Made by a program: the position numbers and the translations under genes. A DNA stretch of 64,000 bases, taken from contig JAWLHY010000002.1 in NCBI GenBank assembly GCA_041690135.1, positions 624,342 to 688,341 on the forward strand, in the 5' to 3' direction. Below are positions 49,744-61,117 of the stretch, in pieces. The first letter of the stretch is position 1. Each line of letters begins with the position of its first letter. The notes below the pieces were generated by a model. That model worked only from the letters and a program-made list of their open reading frames with translations, had not been told where the DNA came from and did no database searches. Origin of the DNA: Armatimonadota bacterium. Its GTDB lineage: Bacteria > Armatimonadota > SYMT01.

Positions 49744-50628
49744 ATGGGACAGAAAGTACATCCAATCGGATTCCGGATTGGGATCATCCGCGACTGGGAG
49801 AGCAACTGGTATGCCGACAAAGGCTACAGTGATCGCCTGTACGAGGATTACCAGATCCGGCGGTACCTGCGGAAGCGGCTCGCCAACGCCGCTATCTCGC
49901 GGGTGACGATCGATCGCCAGGCCGACAAGCTCCGCGTGGTCCTGCATACCGGCAAACCGGGCGTGATCATCGGTCGCGGCGGCCGCGGCGTCGACGAAGT
50001 CAAGGCGGATCTCGAGAAGAAGTTCGGCAAGCAGGTGAACCTGGTCGTCCAGGAGATCCGCCAGCCCGATCTCGACGCCCAGCTCGTCGCCGAGGCGATC
50101 GCTCAGCAGATCGAGAAGCGCGTTGCTCCCAAGCGCGCCATCCGGCAGGCGATCCAGCGCAGTGTGCGCATGGGCGCCAAGGGAATCAAGGTTCTCGTCT
50201 CCGGCCGCCTCGGCGGGGCTGAAATGGCGCGCAAGGAAGGGGACAAGACCGGAAAGATTCCGCTCCACACGCTGCGGGCGGACATCGACTACGGCTTTGC
50301 GGAAGCTCCCACCACCTATGGCAACATCGGGGTGAAGGTGTGGGTCTACCGCGGGGAGATCCTTCCGGATCAGCGCCGCCAGCAGAAGGAGCAGATGGCG
50401 CCCGAGCCGTTCATGCCGCGTCAGCCGCGCCGAGCGGAAGATCGCGATCGCGAGCGCGCCGGCGGTGGCCGCGGTGGTGATCGCGGGGACCGTGGTGGCG
50501 ACCGCGGTGGTCGTGGTCGTGGACCCGGCGGCGGTGGTGGTCGTGGACCTGGCGGTGGCGGTCGCGGTCCGGGGGGCGGCGGTGGTCGCGGACCTGCCGG
50601 TGGTGGTCGCGGACCCGGCAGACAGTAA
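49744..50628 (+). CDS. rpsC: 30S ribosomal protein S3 with RGG-rich C-terminal tail
   Basis: [11 protein letters not shown]...[12 protein letters not shown]; tail (GGRGPGGG)n. Confidence 0.99.
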   Translation: MGQKVHPIGFRIGIIRDWESNWYADKGYSDRLYEDYQIRRYLRKRLANAAISRVTIDRQADKLRVVLHTGKPGVIIGRGGRGVDEVKADLEKKFGKQVNLVVQEIRQPDLDAQLVAEAIAQQIEKRVAPKRAIRQAIQRSVRMGAKGIKVLVSGRLGGAEMARKEGDKTGKIPLHTLRADIDYGFAEAPTTYGNIGVKVWVYRGEILPDQRRQQKEQMAPEPFMPRQPRRAEDRDRERAGGGRGGDRGDRGGDRGGRGRGPGGGGGRGPGGGGRGPGGGGGRGPAGGGRGPGRQ

Positions 50629-50643
50629 ACGAGGGAACTACAG

Positions 50644-51132
50644 ATGTTAGCTCCGAAGCGAGTGAAGCACCGCAAGGTGCACCGGGGTTCGCTGGCCGGA
50701 CGCGCCAGTGGCAACACCGAAATCAACTTTGGGGAATATGCCCTGAAGGCGATGGGTCGGTGCTGGCTCACCAACAAGCAGATCGAAGCCGCTCGTATCG
50801 CCATGACGCGCCACATCCGGCGCGGCGGTAAGATCTGGATCCGCGTCTTCCCGGACAAGTCCTACACCAAGAAGCCGGCGGAAACCCGCATGGGCTCTGG
50901 CAAAGGCGCGCCGGAAGGCTGGGTCGCGGTGGTGAAGCCGGGCCGCATCCTCTTCGAGATGTCGGGAGTCGCGGAGCCGCTGGCGCGGGAAGCCATGCGC
51001 CGCGCGGCGCACAAGCTTCCGATCGAGACGAAGTTCATCGTGAAGGGTCGCGAGGAGGCGCTTCCTGCGCCGGTTGAAGCGGAGACGGACGTCGCCGCGG
51101 CAGCCGAGTCGACCGAGGCGGGTGAGGAATGA
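50644..51132 (+). CDS. rplP: 50S ribosomal protein L16
   Basis: QIEAAR...RMGSGKG; acidic tail. Confidence 0.99.
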   Translation: MLAPKRVKHRKVHRGSLAGRASGNTEINFGEYALKAMGRCWLTNKQIEAARIAMTRHIRRGGKIWIRVFPDKSYTKKPAETRMGSGKGAPEGWVAVVKPGRILFEMSGVAEPLAREAMRRAAHKLPIETKFIVKGREEALPAPVEAETDVAAAAESTEAGEE

Positions 51133-51344
51133 AGAAGACGGAAGAAAACGAGCAGCTTCAATCCCTCGGCCTGGTTGAGCTGCAGCAGGAGCTGAGGCAG
51201 GCGCGTCAGGAGTTGTTCCAGAACCGCGTGCGCTACGCCACGCGAAACCTGGACAACCCGGAGCCGCTCCGCAAGGGTAAGAAGCGGATCGCGCGCATCC
51301 TCACGTATATCCGCCAGCGCGAGCTGGAAGAGTTGCAGGGATAA
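51129..51344 (+). CDS. rpmC: 50S ribosomal protein L29
   Basis: ELFQNR...KKRIARILT; position in the S10 operon. Confidence 0.95.
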   Translation: MKKTEENEQLQSLGLVELQQELRQARQELFQNRVRYATRNLDNPEPLRKGKKRIARILTYIRQRELEELQG

Positions 51345-51360
51345 GGCTGCGGTAACGCTT

Positions 51361-51645
51361 ATGTCGGAATTGGAAGCAGCGAGCACGAGCAGTGAGCGCG
51401 GACGACGCAAAGTCCGCCAGGGCCGGGTGGTCAGCGACAAGATGGACAAGACCGTCGTCGTGGCGGTGGAGTCGCGCATGAAACACCCGCTCTACGGGCG
51501 CATTGTGCGCCGTACCAAGAAATACAAGGCGCACGACGAGCAGAACGACTTCCACGTGGGCGATCTGGTGGAAATCACCGAATGCCGTCCCCTCAGCCGG
51601 GACAAGACGTGGCGCGTAAGCCGGCTCATCGAACGAGCGAAATAA
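51361..51645 (+). CDS. rpsQ: 30S ribosomal protein S17
   Basis: [14 protein letters not shown]...ECRPLS. Confidence 0.99.
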   Translation: MSELEAASTSSERGRRKVRQGRVVSDKMDKTVVVAVESRMKHPLYGRIVRRTKKYKAHDEQNDFHVGDLVEITECRPLSRDKTWRVSRLIERAK

Positions 51646-51761
51646 TCCCGCTGTTTCCGGCGGCGTTCGCTTGCCGGGCGGAAACCCTCCGGGGGATTCC
51701 GCCGGCCTGCGCGCGCGTAAGGAAACAAACGGGCTAGACGAATTCTGGAAGAGGTCAGGTT

Positions 51762-52127
51762 ATGGTCAGACCCTATACCAGGCTGCGGGTCGCGGATAAC
51801 TCCGGCGCGCGCGAACTCCTGTGCATCCGGGTGCTGAAGGGCAACAGCCACACGGCCGAAGTCGGCGATGTGATCATCGCCGCGGTCAAGGTGGCTACCC
51901 CCGGCGCGCAGGTGAAGAAAGGCGACGTCGTCCGGGCCGTGGTCGTTCGCACGCACTTTCCGATCCGGCGGCAGGACGGTTCGGTGCTGCGGTTCGACGA
52001 TAATGCAGCCGTCGTGATTCAGCCGAGCGGGGATCCCCGCGGCACTCGCATCTTTGGCCCCGTGGCCCGCGAGTTGCGCGACAAACAGTTTATGAGGATT
52101 ATCTCCCTCGCACCGGAGGTGCTGTGA
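51762..52127 (+). CDS. rplN: 50S ribosomal protein L14
   Basis: VADNSGA...FDDNAAV...GTRIFGPV...SLAPEVL. Confidence 0.99.
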   Translation: MVRPYTRLRVADNSGARELLCIRVLKGNSHTAEVGDVIIAAVKVATPGAQVKKGDVVRAVVVRTHFPIRRQDGSVLRFDDNAAVVIQPSGDPRGTRIFGPVARELRDKQFMRIISLAPEVL

Positions 52128-52128
52128 G

Positions 52129-52500
52129 ATGGCACGGACGCAAAAGAGGCACGAAGCGGGCCAGTTCAAGGCCCACGTCCGCAAAGGGGATGAGGTCGTC
52201 GTGATCGCCGGCCGCAGCCTCGGGCAGCGCGGCCGCGTGATCAGTGTCGACCCCCAGCGCGAGCGGGCCGTGGTGGAAGGCGTGAACCTGGTGGTGAAGC
52301 ACCAGCGCCCCCAGGGCCAGCAGGGTGCCGCCCGGCAGCAGGGCGGTCGGGTGGAGAAGCCGGCCCCCATCCATGTGAGCAACCTCATGGTGGTGGATCC
52401 GGAGACGAACCAGCCCACGCGCGTGGCGCACAAGCTGGTGGATGGCAAGTGGGTCCGGGTGGCGAAGCGCTCCGGCGCGGCGCTGGATCGCACTGAGTAA
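52129..52500 (+). CDS. rplX: 50S ribosomal protein L24
   Basis: [10 protein letters not shown]...VEGVN...PIHVSN. Confidence 0.99.
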   Translation: MARTQKRHEAGQFKAHVRKGDEVVVIAGRSLGQRGRVISVDPQRERAVVEGVNLVVKHQRPQGQQGAARQQGGRVEKPAPIHVSNLMVVDPETNQPTRVAHKLVDGKWVRVAKRSGAALDRTE

Positions 52501-52517
52501 GGACGGAGTTTCCGAAG

Positions 52518-53072
52518 ATGCCACGCTTGAAAGATCGGTACCGGGGCGAAGTTGTTCCGGCGCTGATGAAAGAATTCTCGTATAAGAACGTCATGCAGGT
52601 GCCCCACCTCGACAAGGTGGTCATCAGCATGGGGGTTGGCACCGCCGTTCAGGATCCCAAGACGCTCGACGCGGCCGTGCGAGACATGACCGCCATCTCC
52701 GGCCAGAAGCCGGTGGTGACGCGGGCGAAGCGCTCCATTGCCGCGTTCAAGATCCGCGAAGGAATGCGGATCGGCTGCAAGGTGACCCTACGCGGTGACC
52801 GGATGTGGTACTTCCTGGACAAACTGTTCAACGTTGTGATGCCCCGTATCCGCGACTTCGGCGGGATCAATCCCGATTCGTTCGACGGACACGGCAATTT
52901 CGCAATGGGCCTGAAAGAGCAGTTGGTGTTCCCGGAGATCGAGTACGATTCGATCGACCGCATCCGGGGGATGGACATCATCATCGGCACCACGGCGAAG
53001 ACCGATCAGGAAGCACGCGCTCTGCTGCGGGCCCTGGGTCTACCGTTCCGGTCGGAGGCGCAGCGCCGTTAA
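52518..53072 (+). CDS. rplE: 50S ribosomal protein L5
   Basis: GQKPVVT...GCKVTLRG...PRIRDF. Confidence 0.99.
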   Translation: MPRLKDRYRGEVVPALMKEFSYKNVMQVPHLDKVVISMGVGTAVQDPKTLDAAVRDMTAISGQKPVVTRAKRSIAAFKIREGMRIGCKVTLRGDRMWYFLDKLFNVVMPRIRDFGGINPDSFDGHGNFAMGLKEQLVFPEIEYDSIDRIRGMDIIIGTTAKTDQEARALLRALGLPFRSEAQRR

Positions 53073-53163
53073 GGCGTTTGCGCTTCCCTCGGGGCGGGAG
53101 CCCGACCCGAGAGACGTTCCCGATCGCTCCTAGCACCAATGACGTTGTAATGGAGGCGAAACT

Positions 53164-55197
53164 TTGAAGCGGTACAGCGGCGAGGCGTTGAGAAACGTGG
53201 CCCTGGCGGGTCACCAAGGGTCGGGTAAGACTACCCTGGCCGAGGCGATGCTGTACGTGACCGGGGCGATTGACCGCCTCGGCCGCGTCGAAGACGGCAC
53301 CGCGAAAACGGATTTCGATCCGGATGAAGTGCGGCGGCAGATCAGCATCAACCTGGCGCTTGCTCCCGTCGAGTGGAGCGGGCACAAGATCAACGTCATT
53401 GATACGCCGGGTTATCTGGACTTCGTCGGAGAGGTCGGGAGCGGGATGCGGGTGGCCGACGCCGCCGTACTGGTGGTGCCGGCGCCCTCCGGGGTGGAAG
53501 TGGGGGCGGAAGCGGCCTGGGAAATCGCGGGTGACCAGAAGCTTCCCCGGTTCATTTTCGTCAACAAGATGGACCGGGAGAATGCCGACTACGCGCGCGT
53601 GATGGAGTCGATCCGGGAACGCTTCGGCAACCGCTGTGTGCCGGTGCAAGTCCCCATCGGGCAGGAAGGCACCTTTTCCGGAGTGGTGGACGTGCTTCGG
53701 CAGGTCGCCTACACCGGACATGGGCGCGAATTGGTGCGGGGAGAAGTGCCCGATTCCTGCCGCGCGCTGGTGGACGAGTGCCGCGAGGCGCTGATGGAGA
53801 GCGCAGCCGAGGCCGACGACGAGTTGCTGGAAAAGTATCTCGGGGGCGAAGCCCTGTCGGACGAGGAGCTGTCGCGCGGCCTGGTGGCCGCCGTGAAGAA
53901 CGGCGGCGCCGTGCCCGTTCTTTTTGGCAGTGCCGGCGCGCTGATTGGCGTCCAGGCACTAATGGATGTGCTCATCGAAATGGCGCCGTCCCCTGCGGAA
54001 AAGGGAGCGGACGAGAGCGCGCCGTTGGAAGCGCTGGTGTTCAAGACGCTGAGTGATCCCTACGTGGGCAAGCTCACCTACTATCGGGTGTACTCCGGCG
54101 TTCTGAAGAGCGGAAGCGATGTCCATAACGCGACGCGGCAGCACGATGAGCGCATGGGACAGATTTTCGTGCTGCGCGGCAAGCAGCAGGAGATGGTTGG
54201 AGAGATACCGGCGGGTGACATTGGGGCGGTGGCGAAACTCGGGGTCACGGCGACGGGCGACACGCTCTGCGACCGGGGCCGCCATGATACGCTACCTGCC
54301 ATCGAGTTCCCGCAGCCGTCGTACAGCCGCGCCATCGTGGCGCAGAGCAAGGCGGATGAAGACAAGATGGGACCGGCGCTGACCCGGTTGGCGGAAGAGG
54401 ACCCCACGTTCCACTTCCATCGCGATCCGGAGACCGGCCAAACCGTGATCTCGGGCCAGGGGGACACCCACCTGGCGGTGGTCATCGAGCGCCTGAAGCG
54501 ATTCGGGGCGAATGTGCACGACGAGGAAGTGCGCATTCCTTACCGGGAGACGATTCAGGGAGTGGCGCGGGTTCAGGGCCGGCACAAAAAACAGACGGGG
54601 GGCCGCGGGCAGTTCGGCGATTGCTGGGTGAAGTTCGAGCCGCTCCCTCGGGGCGAGGGATACCGGTTCGTCGACGCCATCGTCGGCGGGGCGATTCCCC
54701 GGCAATACATCCCCGCAGTAGATAAGGGGCTGCAAGAAGCCATGGAACATGGTATTCTTGCCGGGTTCCGTGTGGTGGACGTCAAGGCGACGTGCGACGA
54801 CGGGTCCTTCCACGACGTCGATTCGTCCGAAATGGCCTTCAGGCAAGCGGCGCACCTGGCGTTCCGCGCAGGCATGGAGAAGGCCCGGCCCGTGCTCCTG
54901 GAGCCGGTGATGAACCTCGAAGTCACCGTGCCGGAGGAGAACATGGGCGACATCATCAGCGATCTGAACACGAAGCGGGGCCGCATCAGCGGCATGGAGC
55001 CGGTCGGCGATGGGAAGCAACTCATCCGCGCGACGGCGCCCATGTCCGAGCTTCAGCAGTATGCGATCGACCTCCGGTCGATCGCGCGCGGTCGAGGCCG
55101 GTTCCGGACCGAGTTCAGTCATTATGAGGAAGTGCCTGCGCACGTGGCGCAGCAGGTGATCGAGAACGTTAAGAGGGAACGCGAAGAGCATGGCTAA
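53164..55197 (+). CDS. Elongation factor G-like protein (EF-G2 type paralog)
   Basis: [14 protein letters not shown] in place of RGITI, DTPGY in place of DTPGH; full five-domain length. TTG start with SD GGAGG. Confidence 0.93.
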   Translation: MKRYSGEALRNVALAGHQGSGKTTLAEAMLYVTGAIDRLGRVEDGTAKTDFDPDEVRRQISINLALAPVEWSGHKINVIDTPGYLDFVGEVGSGMRVADAAVLVVPAPSGVEVGAEAAWEIAGDQKLPRFIFVNKMDRENADYARVMESIRERFGNRCVPVQVPIGQEGTFSGVVDVLRQVAYTGHGRELVRGEVPDSCRALVDECREALMESAAEADDELLEKYLGGEALSDEELSRGLVAAVKNGGAVPVLFGSAGALIGVQALMDVLIEMAPSPAEKGADESAPLEALVFKTLSDPYVGKLTYYRVYSGVLKSGSDVHNATRQHDERMGQIFVLRGKQQEMVGEIPAGDIGAVAKLGVTATGDTLCDRGRHDTLPAIEFPQPSYSRAIVAQSKADEDKMGPALTRLAEEDPTFHFHRDPETGQTVISGQGDTHLAVVIERLKRFGANVHDEEVRIPYRETIQGVARVQGRHKKQTGGRGQFGDCWVKFEPLPRGEGYRFVDAIVGGAIPRQYIPAVDKGLQEAMEHGILAGFRVVDVKATCDDGSFHDVDSSEMAFRQAAHLAFRAGMEKARPVLLEPVMNLEVTVPEENMGDIISDLNTKRGRISGMEPVGDGKQLIRATAPMSELQQYAIDLRSIARGRGRFRTEFSHYEEVPAHVAQQVIENVKREREEHG

Positions 55198-55375
55198 GCA
55201 GGCTTTGATTGAGAAGGCCAAGCGACCGCAGAAGTTCAAGGTGCGCCAGTACAATCGGTGCAACGTTTGCGGGCGCTCGCGGGGTTATTTCCGCAAGTTC
55301 GGTCTTTGTCGTATTTGTCTCCGTGAGATGGCGCTGCGGGGTCTCGTACCCGGCGTGACCAAATCGAGTTGGTAA
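55190..55375 (+). CDS. rpsN: 30S ribosomal protein S14 (type Z, Zn-binding)
   Basis: 61 aa, CNVC...CRIC. Confidence 0.98.
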   Translation: MAKQALIEKAKRPQKFKVRQYNRCNVCGRSRGYFRKFGLCRICLREMALRGLVPGVTKSSW

Positions 55376-55385
55376 GGGATCGACG

Positions 55386-55781
55386 ATGGTAACAGATCCG
55401 GTAGCAGACTTGTTGACCCGCATCCGCAATGCTTCGCGGGCGGGCCACGAGCAGGTAGAGATCCCCGGCTCGCGCCTCAAGCTGGGGGTTGTCAAGATTC
55501 TGGCGCAAGAAAAGTACATCCGCGGCTATCAGTTCATTCAGGATGGCAAGCAGGGCGTGATCCGCGTCTTCCTGAAATACGGCGCCAAGCGCGAGCCGGT
55601 GCTGAACCAGCTCGAGCGCGTGAGCAAGCCGGGCTTGCGGGTTTACGCCCCGGCCACTAAAATACCGCGGGTTTTGAACGGCATGGGGATCGCGATCCTG
55701 AGCACCAGCAAGGGGCTCCTGGTCGATCGCGACGCGCGACGCCAGCAGGTCGGCGGAGAAGTCCTCGCCTACGTCTGGTAG
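55386..55781 (+). CDS. rpsH: 30S ribosomal protein S8
   Basis: [13 protein letters not shown]...SKPGLRVY...GGEVL. Confidence 0.99.
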   Translation: MVTDPVADLLTRIRNASRAGHEQVEIPGSRLKLGVVKILAQEKYIRGYQFIQDGKQGVIRVFLKYGAKREPVLNQLERVSKPGLRVYAPATKIPRVLNGMGIAILSTSKGLLVDRDARRQQVGGEVLAYVW

Positions 55782-55855
55782 TTTCGCAGTTCCGTGAGCT
55801 GGTCGGCGCGTTATCCGCGGGGACCAGCTCACGAGCCCGAATGTGGAGTTGATAG

Positions 55856-56437
55856 ATGTCACGAATTGGAAACCAACCGATCGCCCTGCCGGCTGGCGTG
55901 GAGATCTCCCGGAACAACGGTCACCTGGTGGTTCAGGGGCCAAAAGGCTCGCTGGAGCGGCCCGTGCCGGGGAACATCCAGGTCGAAGTCGACGGCGGGC
56001 AGGTCCTGGTCACCCGTCCGGATGACGAGCAGCAGACGCGCGCCCTGCACGGGCTCACGCGTACCCTTGTCGCCAATATGGTCAAGGGGGTGACCGACGG
56101 ATATGAGAAGGTGCTCGACATCGTGGGCGTCGGCTTCCGCGCCGAGATGGTCGGGCAGGCGGTGCGCATGCAGTTGGGCTACTCGCACCTGGTCGAGGTG
56201 CATCCGCGGCCGGGCATCTCGTTCGAGGTGGGCCAGGAGACCAACACGCGCCAGTTTTTCCTGCGTATCAAGGGCATCGATAAGGAGACCGTCGGTCAGC
56301 AGGCCGCCGAAATCCGAAGCCTGAAGAAGCCGGAGCCGTACAAGGGCAAGGGCATCCGCTATCGTGGAGAGGCCGTGCGCCGGAAGGCAGGTAAGACTGC
56401 CAAGGGCGGCGGTAAAGGCGGCGGCAAGAAGAAGTAA
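55856..56437 (+). CDS. rplF: 50S ribosomal protein L6
   Basis: MSRIG...PEPYKGKGIRY. Confidence 0.99.
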   Translation: MSRIGNQPIALPAGVEISRNNGHLVVQGPKGSLERPVPGNIQVEVDGGQVLVTRPDDEQQTRALHGLTRTLVANMVKGVTDGYEKVLDIVGVGFRAEMVGQAVRMQLGYSHLVEVHPRPGISFEVGQETNTRQFFLRIKGIDKETVGQQAAEIRSLKKPEPYKGKGIRYRGEAVRRKAGKTAKGGGKGGGKKK

Positions 56438-56446
56438 GGAACACCG

Positions 56447-56806
56447 ATGCTACGCAAGTACGAATTGAGAAAGCGCCGCCACGTGCGCGTGCGCAAAAAG
56501 GTTAACGGCACCACGGCGCGCCCGAGGCTGTCGATCTTCCGGAGCGAGCATCACATCTACGCTCAGGTGATTGACGACACGCTTGGCCGCACCCTGGCCG
56601 CGGCCTCGAGCATGGACAAGGAACTCCGCGGCAAGGTCGGCTACGGCGGCAACGTCGAGGCGGCGAAGCAGGTGGGACAGCTCGTGGCGGAGCGCGCCAA
56701 GGCTGCGGGGGTCGAGAAGGTCGTCTTCGACCGGGGTGGTTTCAACTACCACGGCCGTGTGGCCGCGCTGGCGGATGCCGCTCGCGCCGGCGGACTGGAA
56801 TTCTAG
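56447..56806 (+). CDS. rplR: 50S ribosomal protein L18
   Basis: RPRLSIFRS...FDRGG..YHGRV. Confidence 0.99.
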   Translation: MLRKYELRKRRHVRVRKKVNGTTARPRLSIFRSEHHIYAQVIDDTLGRTLAAASSMDKELRGKVGYGGNVEAAKQVGQLVAERAKAAGVEKVVFDRGGFNYHGRVAALADAARAGGLEF

Positions 56807-56810
56807 AATT

Positions 56811-57368
56811 ATGCGACGTATCGATCCGAACACGCTCGAGCTTCAGGAGCGGGTGATCAAGACGAACAAGTGCCAGAAGACGCACAAGGGCGGCCGGACT
56901 TTGAGCTGGAATGCCCTCGTCGTCGTAGGCGACGGCCACGGCCATGTGGGTGTGGCGATGGGTAAGGCGCGCGGTATCCCGGATGCGATCCGGAAGGGTG
57001 TCGAAGCGGCGAAGAAGGTCATCATCGAGGTGCCGCTCGACGGGACGACCATTCCGCATCCGATCCTGATTTCCTCCGGCGCGGCGAAGGTACTTCTCAA
57101 GCCGGCGTCTCCCGGCACCGGAGTGGTGGCGGGCGGCTCCGTGCGCGCCGTATTGGAAGCGGCGGGAGTGCGCGACGTCCTGGCGAAGTCCCTGGGATCG
57201 TCCAACGCCATCAACTGCGCCTGGGCGACCATCGAAGCGCTCAAGTCGCTGCGCACTCCGGAAGAAGTTGCGGCGGCGCGCGGGGTGGAGCTTTCCCAGC
57301 TTCCGGTGCGACGGCAGGCCAGCGCCACGCATACGCCGGCGTCGATGGAGGAGACCGCCAATGCCTAA
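56811..57368 (+). CDS. rpsE: 30S ribosomal protein S5
   Basis: KGGR...[11 protein letters not shown]...[12 protein letters not shown]; start ATG 56811. Confidence 0.98.
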   Translation: MRRIDPNTLELQERVIKTNKCQKTHKGGRTLSWNALVVVGDGHGHVGVAMGKARGIPDAIRKGVEAAKKVIIEVPLDGTTIPHPILISSGAAKVLLKPASPGTGVVAGGSVRAVLEAAGVRDVLAKSLGSSNAINCAWATIEALKSLRTPEEVAAARGVELSQLPVRRQASATHTPASMEETANA

Positions 57369-57561
57369 GATCAGGGTCACGCTGGTCCGCAGCACGATCG
57401 GTGCTCCGGGACCCCAGCGCCGTACCGTCGAGGGCCTGGGCCTGCGGCGTCTGAATCAAAGCGTCGTCCACAACGCGAACCTGCAGATCCTCGGAATGGT
57501 TCGTAAGGTGACGCATCTCGTCCGCGTCGAGGAAGTCACGGAAGAAGCCGAAGCGAAATGA
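57361..57561 (+). CDS. rpmD: 50S ribosomal protein L30
   Basis: [11 protein letters not shown]...LGLRRL...[10 protein letters not shown]. Confidence 0.97.
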   Translation: MPKIRVTLVRSTIGAPGPQRRTVEGLGLRRLNQSVVHNANLQILGMVRKVTHLVRVEEVTEEAEAK

Positions 57562-57998
57562 GACTGGAAGATCTGAAGCCGAACCCCGGCGCCAAGCACC
57601 GCCCGAAGCGAGTGGGTCGCGGCATCGGGAGCGGTCACGGGAAAACATCCACCCGCGGCCACAAGGGTCAGTATGCGCGGAACACCGTTCGCCCCGGCTT
57701 CGAGGGTGGGCAGACCCCGCTGCATCGGCGCCTGCCGCGGTACCGCGGGTTCAACAACCTGTTTGCGAAAGAATACGCCATCGTCAACCTGTCCCAGTTG
57801 GACAAGTTCGAGGCGGGCACCGTCATCACGCCGGAACTGCTCCTGGAAAAGGGAGTGATCCACGACGTGAAGAGCGGTGTGAAGATCCTGGGCGACGGCG
57901 AGCTGACCAAGAGTTTCACCGTGCACGCCCATAAGTTCAGTAAGAGCGCCGTCGAGAAGCTCCAGGCCAAGGGCGGCGCCGCGGAGGTTATCGGCTGA
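57558..57998 (+). CDS. rplO: 50S ribosomal protein L15
   Basis: [13 protein letters not shown]...GFEGGQTPL. Confidence 0.99.
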   Translation: MRLEDLKPNPGAKHRPKRVGRGIGSGHGKTSTRGHKGQYARNTVRPGFEGGQTPLHRRLPRYRGFNNLFAKEYAIVNLSQLDKFEAGTVITPELLLEKGVIHDVKSGVKILGDGELTKSFTVHAHKFSKSAVEKLQAKGGAAEVIG

Positions 57999-59365
57999 TG
58001 CTTCGGAACTTGATGACGGCGTGGAGCATTCCCGAAGTCCGCGCACGGATGCTGTATGTGGTGGGCATGATCATGGTTTTCGTGGTCGGTCTCCACATAC
58101 CCGTGCCGGGGGTCAATTTGCGCGCGCTCGAGGAGCTGATCCGCCAACTGCCAATCCTGACGCTCTTCGATACCTTTTCGGGCAGCGCCTTCCGGCGGTT
58201 CACGATCTTTGCCCTCGGCATCACGCCGTACATCAACGCTTCGATCATCATGCAGTTGCTGACGGTGGCGGTGCCCCAGCTTGAGGCGATGTCCAAAGAG
58301 GGGGAGAGCGGGCGGAAGCGGATCGCGCAGATCACCCGCTACCTCACCGTCGGCCTGGCGCTTTTCCAGGCGATCGGCCTCGTGACGATGCTGTCGAACC
58401 AGAGCGGCCAGACCGGAGCTCCCATCTTCAGTGGCGGATGGCTGACCATCGTGCAGGTGGTGATTTCCCTCACTGCGGGAACCACCTTCCTGATGTGGTT
58501 GGGTGAGTCGATTACGGAGAAGGGCATCGGGCAGGGCGTCAGCCTGATGATCTTCATGGGGATCATGGCACGCCTGCCGTATGATGTCCGGCTCACGGCC
58601 ACGGCTCTCCAGGGCGCCCAGGCCGGCGTGGCGATCTTCCAGTTGTTGATGCTGTTCGTGCTGTTCCTGGCGACCGTGGTGGGAATTATCTACGTCACCG
58701 GCGGCACGCGACGGATTCCCATCCAGCACGCGAAGCGCCAGATGGGGAACCGGATGGTGCAGCCGCAGAGCAGCTTCCTGCCGTTCAAGGTGAACACCGC
58801 GGGCGTGATGCCGATCATCTTTGCGATTTCGCTTCTGATGTTCCCGGCTACGCTCGCCTCCTTCGTGAATAACCCTTCGAATCCGGGACCGTTGACGAAC
58901 TTCGCACGGTTCGTGATCGATTGGACCACTCCGGGTCAGAATCACTTCGCTTCGCTCTTGTATGCGGTACTGATCGTCCTGTTCACGTACTTCTATGCGG
59001 CCATCGCGGTGAACATCCCGGAGCTGACGGACAACCTGAAGAAGTACGGCTCATTTATTCCGGGTATCCGGCCGGGGCGACCCACGCAGGAGTACCTGGA
59101 CCGGGTGTTGACCCGAATCACCTTTGCCGGAGCCATCTTCCTGGCGGTGATCGGCCTGGTGCAGTACTACATCCCAATGCTCACGGGAATTGCTACCTTC
59201 ACTCTGGTGGGGGGAACTTCACTGCTCATCGTGGTGGGCGTGGCGTTGGATACGATGCAGAACCTGGAGTCGCACCTCGTGATGCGCAACTACGAGGGCT
59301 TCATCCGGCAGTCGTCTCGACGGCGGGGCGGAGCCACCGGTCTCGGCGGCGTGAGTCTTCGGTAG
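57998..59365 (+). CDS. secY: Preprotein translocase subunit SecY
   Basis: FALGITPYINASII, WLGE.ITEKGIG, GVMPIIFA, IPGIRPG, GGTSLLIVVGV. Confidence 0.99.
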   Translation: MLRNLMTAWSIPEVRARMLYVVGMIMVFVVGLHIPVPGVNLRALEELIRQLPILTLFDTFSGSAFRRFTIFALGITPYINASIIMQLLTVAVPQLEAMSKEGESGRKRIAQITRYLTVGLALFQAIGLVTMLSNQSGQTGAPIFSGGWLTIVQVVISLTAGTTFLMWLGESITEKGIGQGVSLMIFMGIMARLPYDVRLTATALQGAQAGVAIFQLLMLFVLFLATVVGIIYVTGGTRRIPIQHAKRQMGNRMVQPQSSFLPFKVNTAGVMPIIFAISLLMFPATLASFVNNPSNPGPLTNFARFVIDWTTPGQNHFASLLYAVLIVLFTYFYAAIAVNIPELTDNLKKYGSFIPGIRPGRPTQEYLDRVLTRITFAGAIFLAVIGLVQYYIPMLTGIATFTLVGGTSLLIVVGVALDTMQNLESHLVMRNYEGFIRQSSRRRGGATGLGGVSLR

Positions 59366-59403
59366 GAAACTGCGGCCCAGGAACGGAAAGTTCCGGCAGG
59401 AGT

Positions 59404-59450
59404 AGAAGTGGAGGGGAGGAGCGATTCGCTCTCACCCCTCCCTTCTGTTT
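59404..59450 (+). terminator. Terminator-like hairpin after secY
   Basis: GGAGGGG..GAGCG/CGCTC..CCCCTCC stem followed by CTTCTGTTT. Confidence 0.5.
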
Positions 59451-59517
59451 AACCGGCAAGCACCCGAGGGGCTAGATGAGCGCCAAACCCGGCGCTGAGA
59501 GGATTGAGAGGACCTGG

Positions 59518-60174
59518 ATGAGGCTTGTTCTGCTGGGCCCGCCCGGCGCCGGCAAGGGTACTCAAGGGCAGGTGTTGACCGAGCAGCTCGGCATCCCCCG
59601 GATATCTACCGGAGACATGCTGCGAGACGCGGCGGACACCGGTTCAGAGGTGGGAGTTGAAGCGAAGCGCTTCACGGACCAGGGTCGCCTGGTGCCGGAC
59701 GAGATGATTCTGCGGCTCGTGGAGCAGCGCCTCAAAGCTTCCGACGCGCAGGCCGGCTATTTACTGGACGGGTTTCCCCGGACGGTCAACCAGGCCGAGC
59801 GGTTCAGCGAGTGGCTCACAGCGCACCACCAGACACTGGACGCCGTGGTGGATCTACGTGTGGCGGATGAGATCATTGTTGGGAGAATTTCCGACAGGAG
59901 GGTCTGTCCGGCTTGCCACGAGACCTACCATATGACCAGCCGTCCGCCGCGGGAGGATGAACTCTGCGACGTGTGCGGTGCGGGGCTCGTCCAGCGCGAC
60001 GACGACCGTGCCGAGTTGGTGCGGGAGCGCCTCCATATTTACCACGAGCGCACCGAACCACTCACGAATTACTATGCCGACCGCAACCTGCTCATCGCCA
60101 TTCAAGGCGATCGCCCCGTGGGTGAAGTCACTCAGGCCATCATTGCGGCGCTGCAGGCGCGCCGCCTGGGCTAG
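59518..60174 (+). CDS. adk: Adenylate kinase
   Basis: GPPGAGKGTQ, STGDMLR, LDGFPR, Zn-lid CPAC..CDVC. Alternative start at 59476. Confidence 0.98.
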   Translation: MRLVLLGPPGAGKGTQGQVLTEQLGIPRISTGDMLRDAADTGSEVGVEAKRFTDQGRLVPDEMILRLVEQRLKASDAQAGYLLDGFPRTVNQAERFSEWLTAHHQTLDAVVDLRVADEIIVGRISDRRVCPACHETYHMTSRPPREDELCDVCGAGLVQRDDDRAELVRERLHIYHERTEPLTNYYADRNLLIAIQGDRPVGEVTQAIIAALQARRLG

Positions 60175-60183
60175 GAGCGGCAC

Positions 60184-60978
60184 ATGGGCCGGATCATCTA
60201 CAAGAGTGGTCGGGACATTGAGAAGATGCGGGAGGCCGGCTACATCGTTTCGACGGCTCTTGCCGCAATGCGGGAATCGGTGGCCCCCGGCGTCAGCACG
60301 ATGGAGCTCGACCGGCTGGCTCACGAAATAGTGAAGCGTCACGGTGGCACGCCTTCTTTTTTGGGGTATCGCCGGGAGACTCGGGTCTATCCCGCCAGCA
60401 TCTGCGCTTCGGTAAACGAAGAGGTGGTTCACGGCATACCGAATGAGAGCCGGGTGCTCCGCGAGGGTGACATCGTGAAGCTGGACATCGGGGTTCGCCT
60501 CAAGGGATTTCACGCCGACAGCGCAATCACCGTGCCGGTGGGGGAAGTCTCGCCCCGCGTGGGTGAATTGCTCGCCGCCACGCGGGAATCGCTGTGGCGG
60601 GGGATCCGGGCCATCCGGTACCGGGGTCGCCTGCAGGAAGTCTCCGCGGCGATTCAGGAGCACGTGGAGAGCAAGGGGTTCAGCATCGTTCGGCAGATGG
60701 TCGGTCACGGCGTCGGGAAAAGCCTCCATGAGGAGCCCCAGATTCCCAACTATGTCGATCCGACCCACCCGAATCTGCTGCTGGATGAGGGGATGACCCT
60801 CGCCATTGAGCCCATGGTTAACATGGGTGGCTGGGAAGTGGAAGTGCTCCCGGACGAGTGGACGGTCGTGACACGCGACCGCAAATGGAGCGCTCATTTC
60901 GAACACACCGTGGCGGTAACCAAGCGCGGGGCGGAAGTGCTCACGCTGGGTCCGCACGAGCAGGGATTTCCCGACTAG
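60184..60978 (+). CDS. map: Methionine aminopeptidase type I
   Basis: SVNEEVVHGIP, GHGVG..LHEEP, AIEPM, SAHFEHT. Confidence 0.98.
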   Translation: MGRIIYKSGRDIEKMREAGYIVSTALAAMRESVAPGVSTMELDRLAHEIVKRHGGTPSFLGYRRETRVYPASICASVNEEVVHGIPNESRVLREGDIVKLDIGVRLKGFHADSAITVPVGEVSPRVGELLAATRESLWRGIRAIRYRGRLQEVSAAIQEHVESKGFSIVRQMVGHGVGKSLHEEPQIPNYVDPTHPNLLLDEGMTLAIEPMVNMGGWEVEVLPDEWTVVTRDRKWSAHFEHTVAVTKRGAEVLTLGPHEQGFPD

Positions 60979-61032
60979 CGGCGGCGGATCCGGCTTTGTC
61001 CGCTATCCGCCTGTGTCACGCGTGAAATGCGC

Positions 61033-61061
61033 TTGAAAACGCATGCGTGTTCTGCTATTCT
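61033..61061 (+). promoter_or_regulatory. Candidate sigma70 promoter for rpmJ-alpha operon
   Basis: TTGAAA-17 bp-TATTCT with extended -10 TGn. Confidence 0.55.
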
Positions 61062-61117
61062 AGTCGGGTTGTCACCTCCCAGGCTCGTCCGTGGGGCGGG
61101 CAATGAGGACAGGTTTT

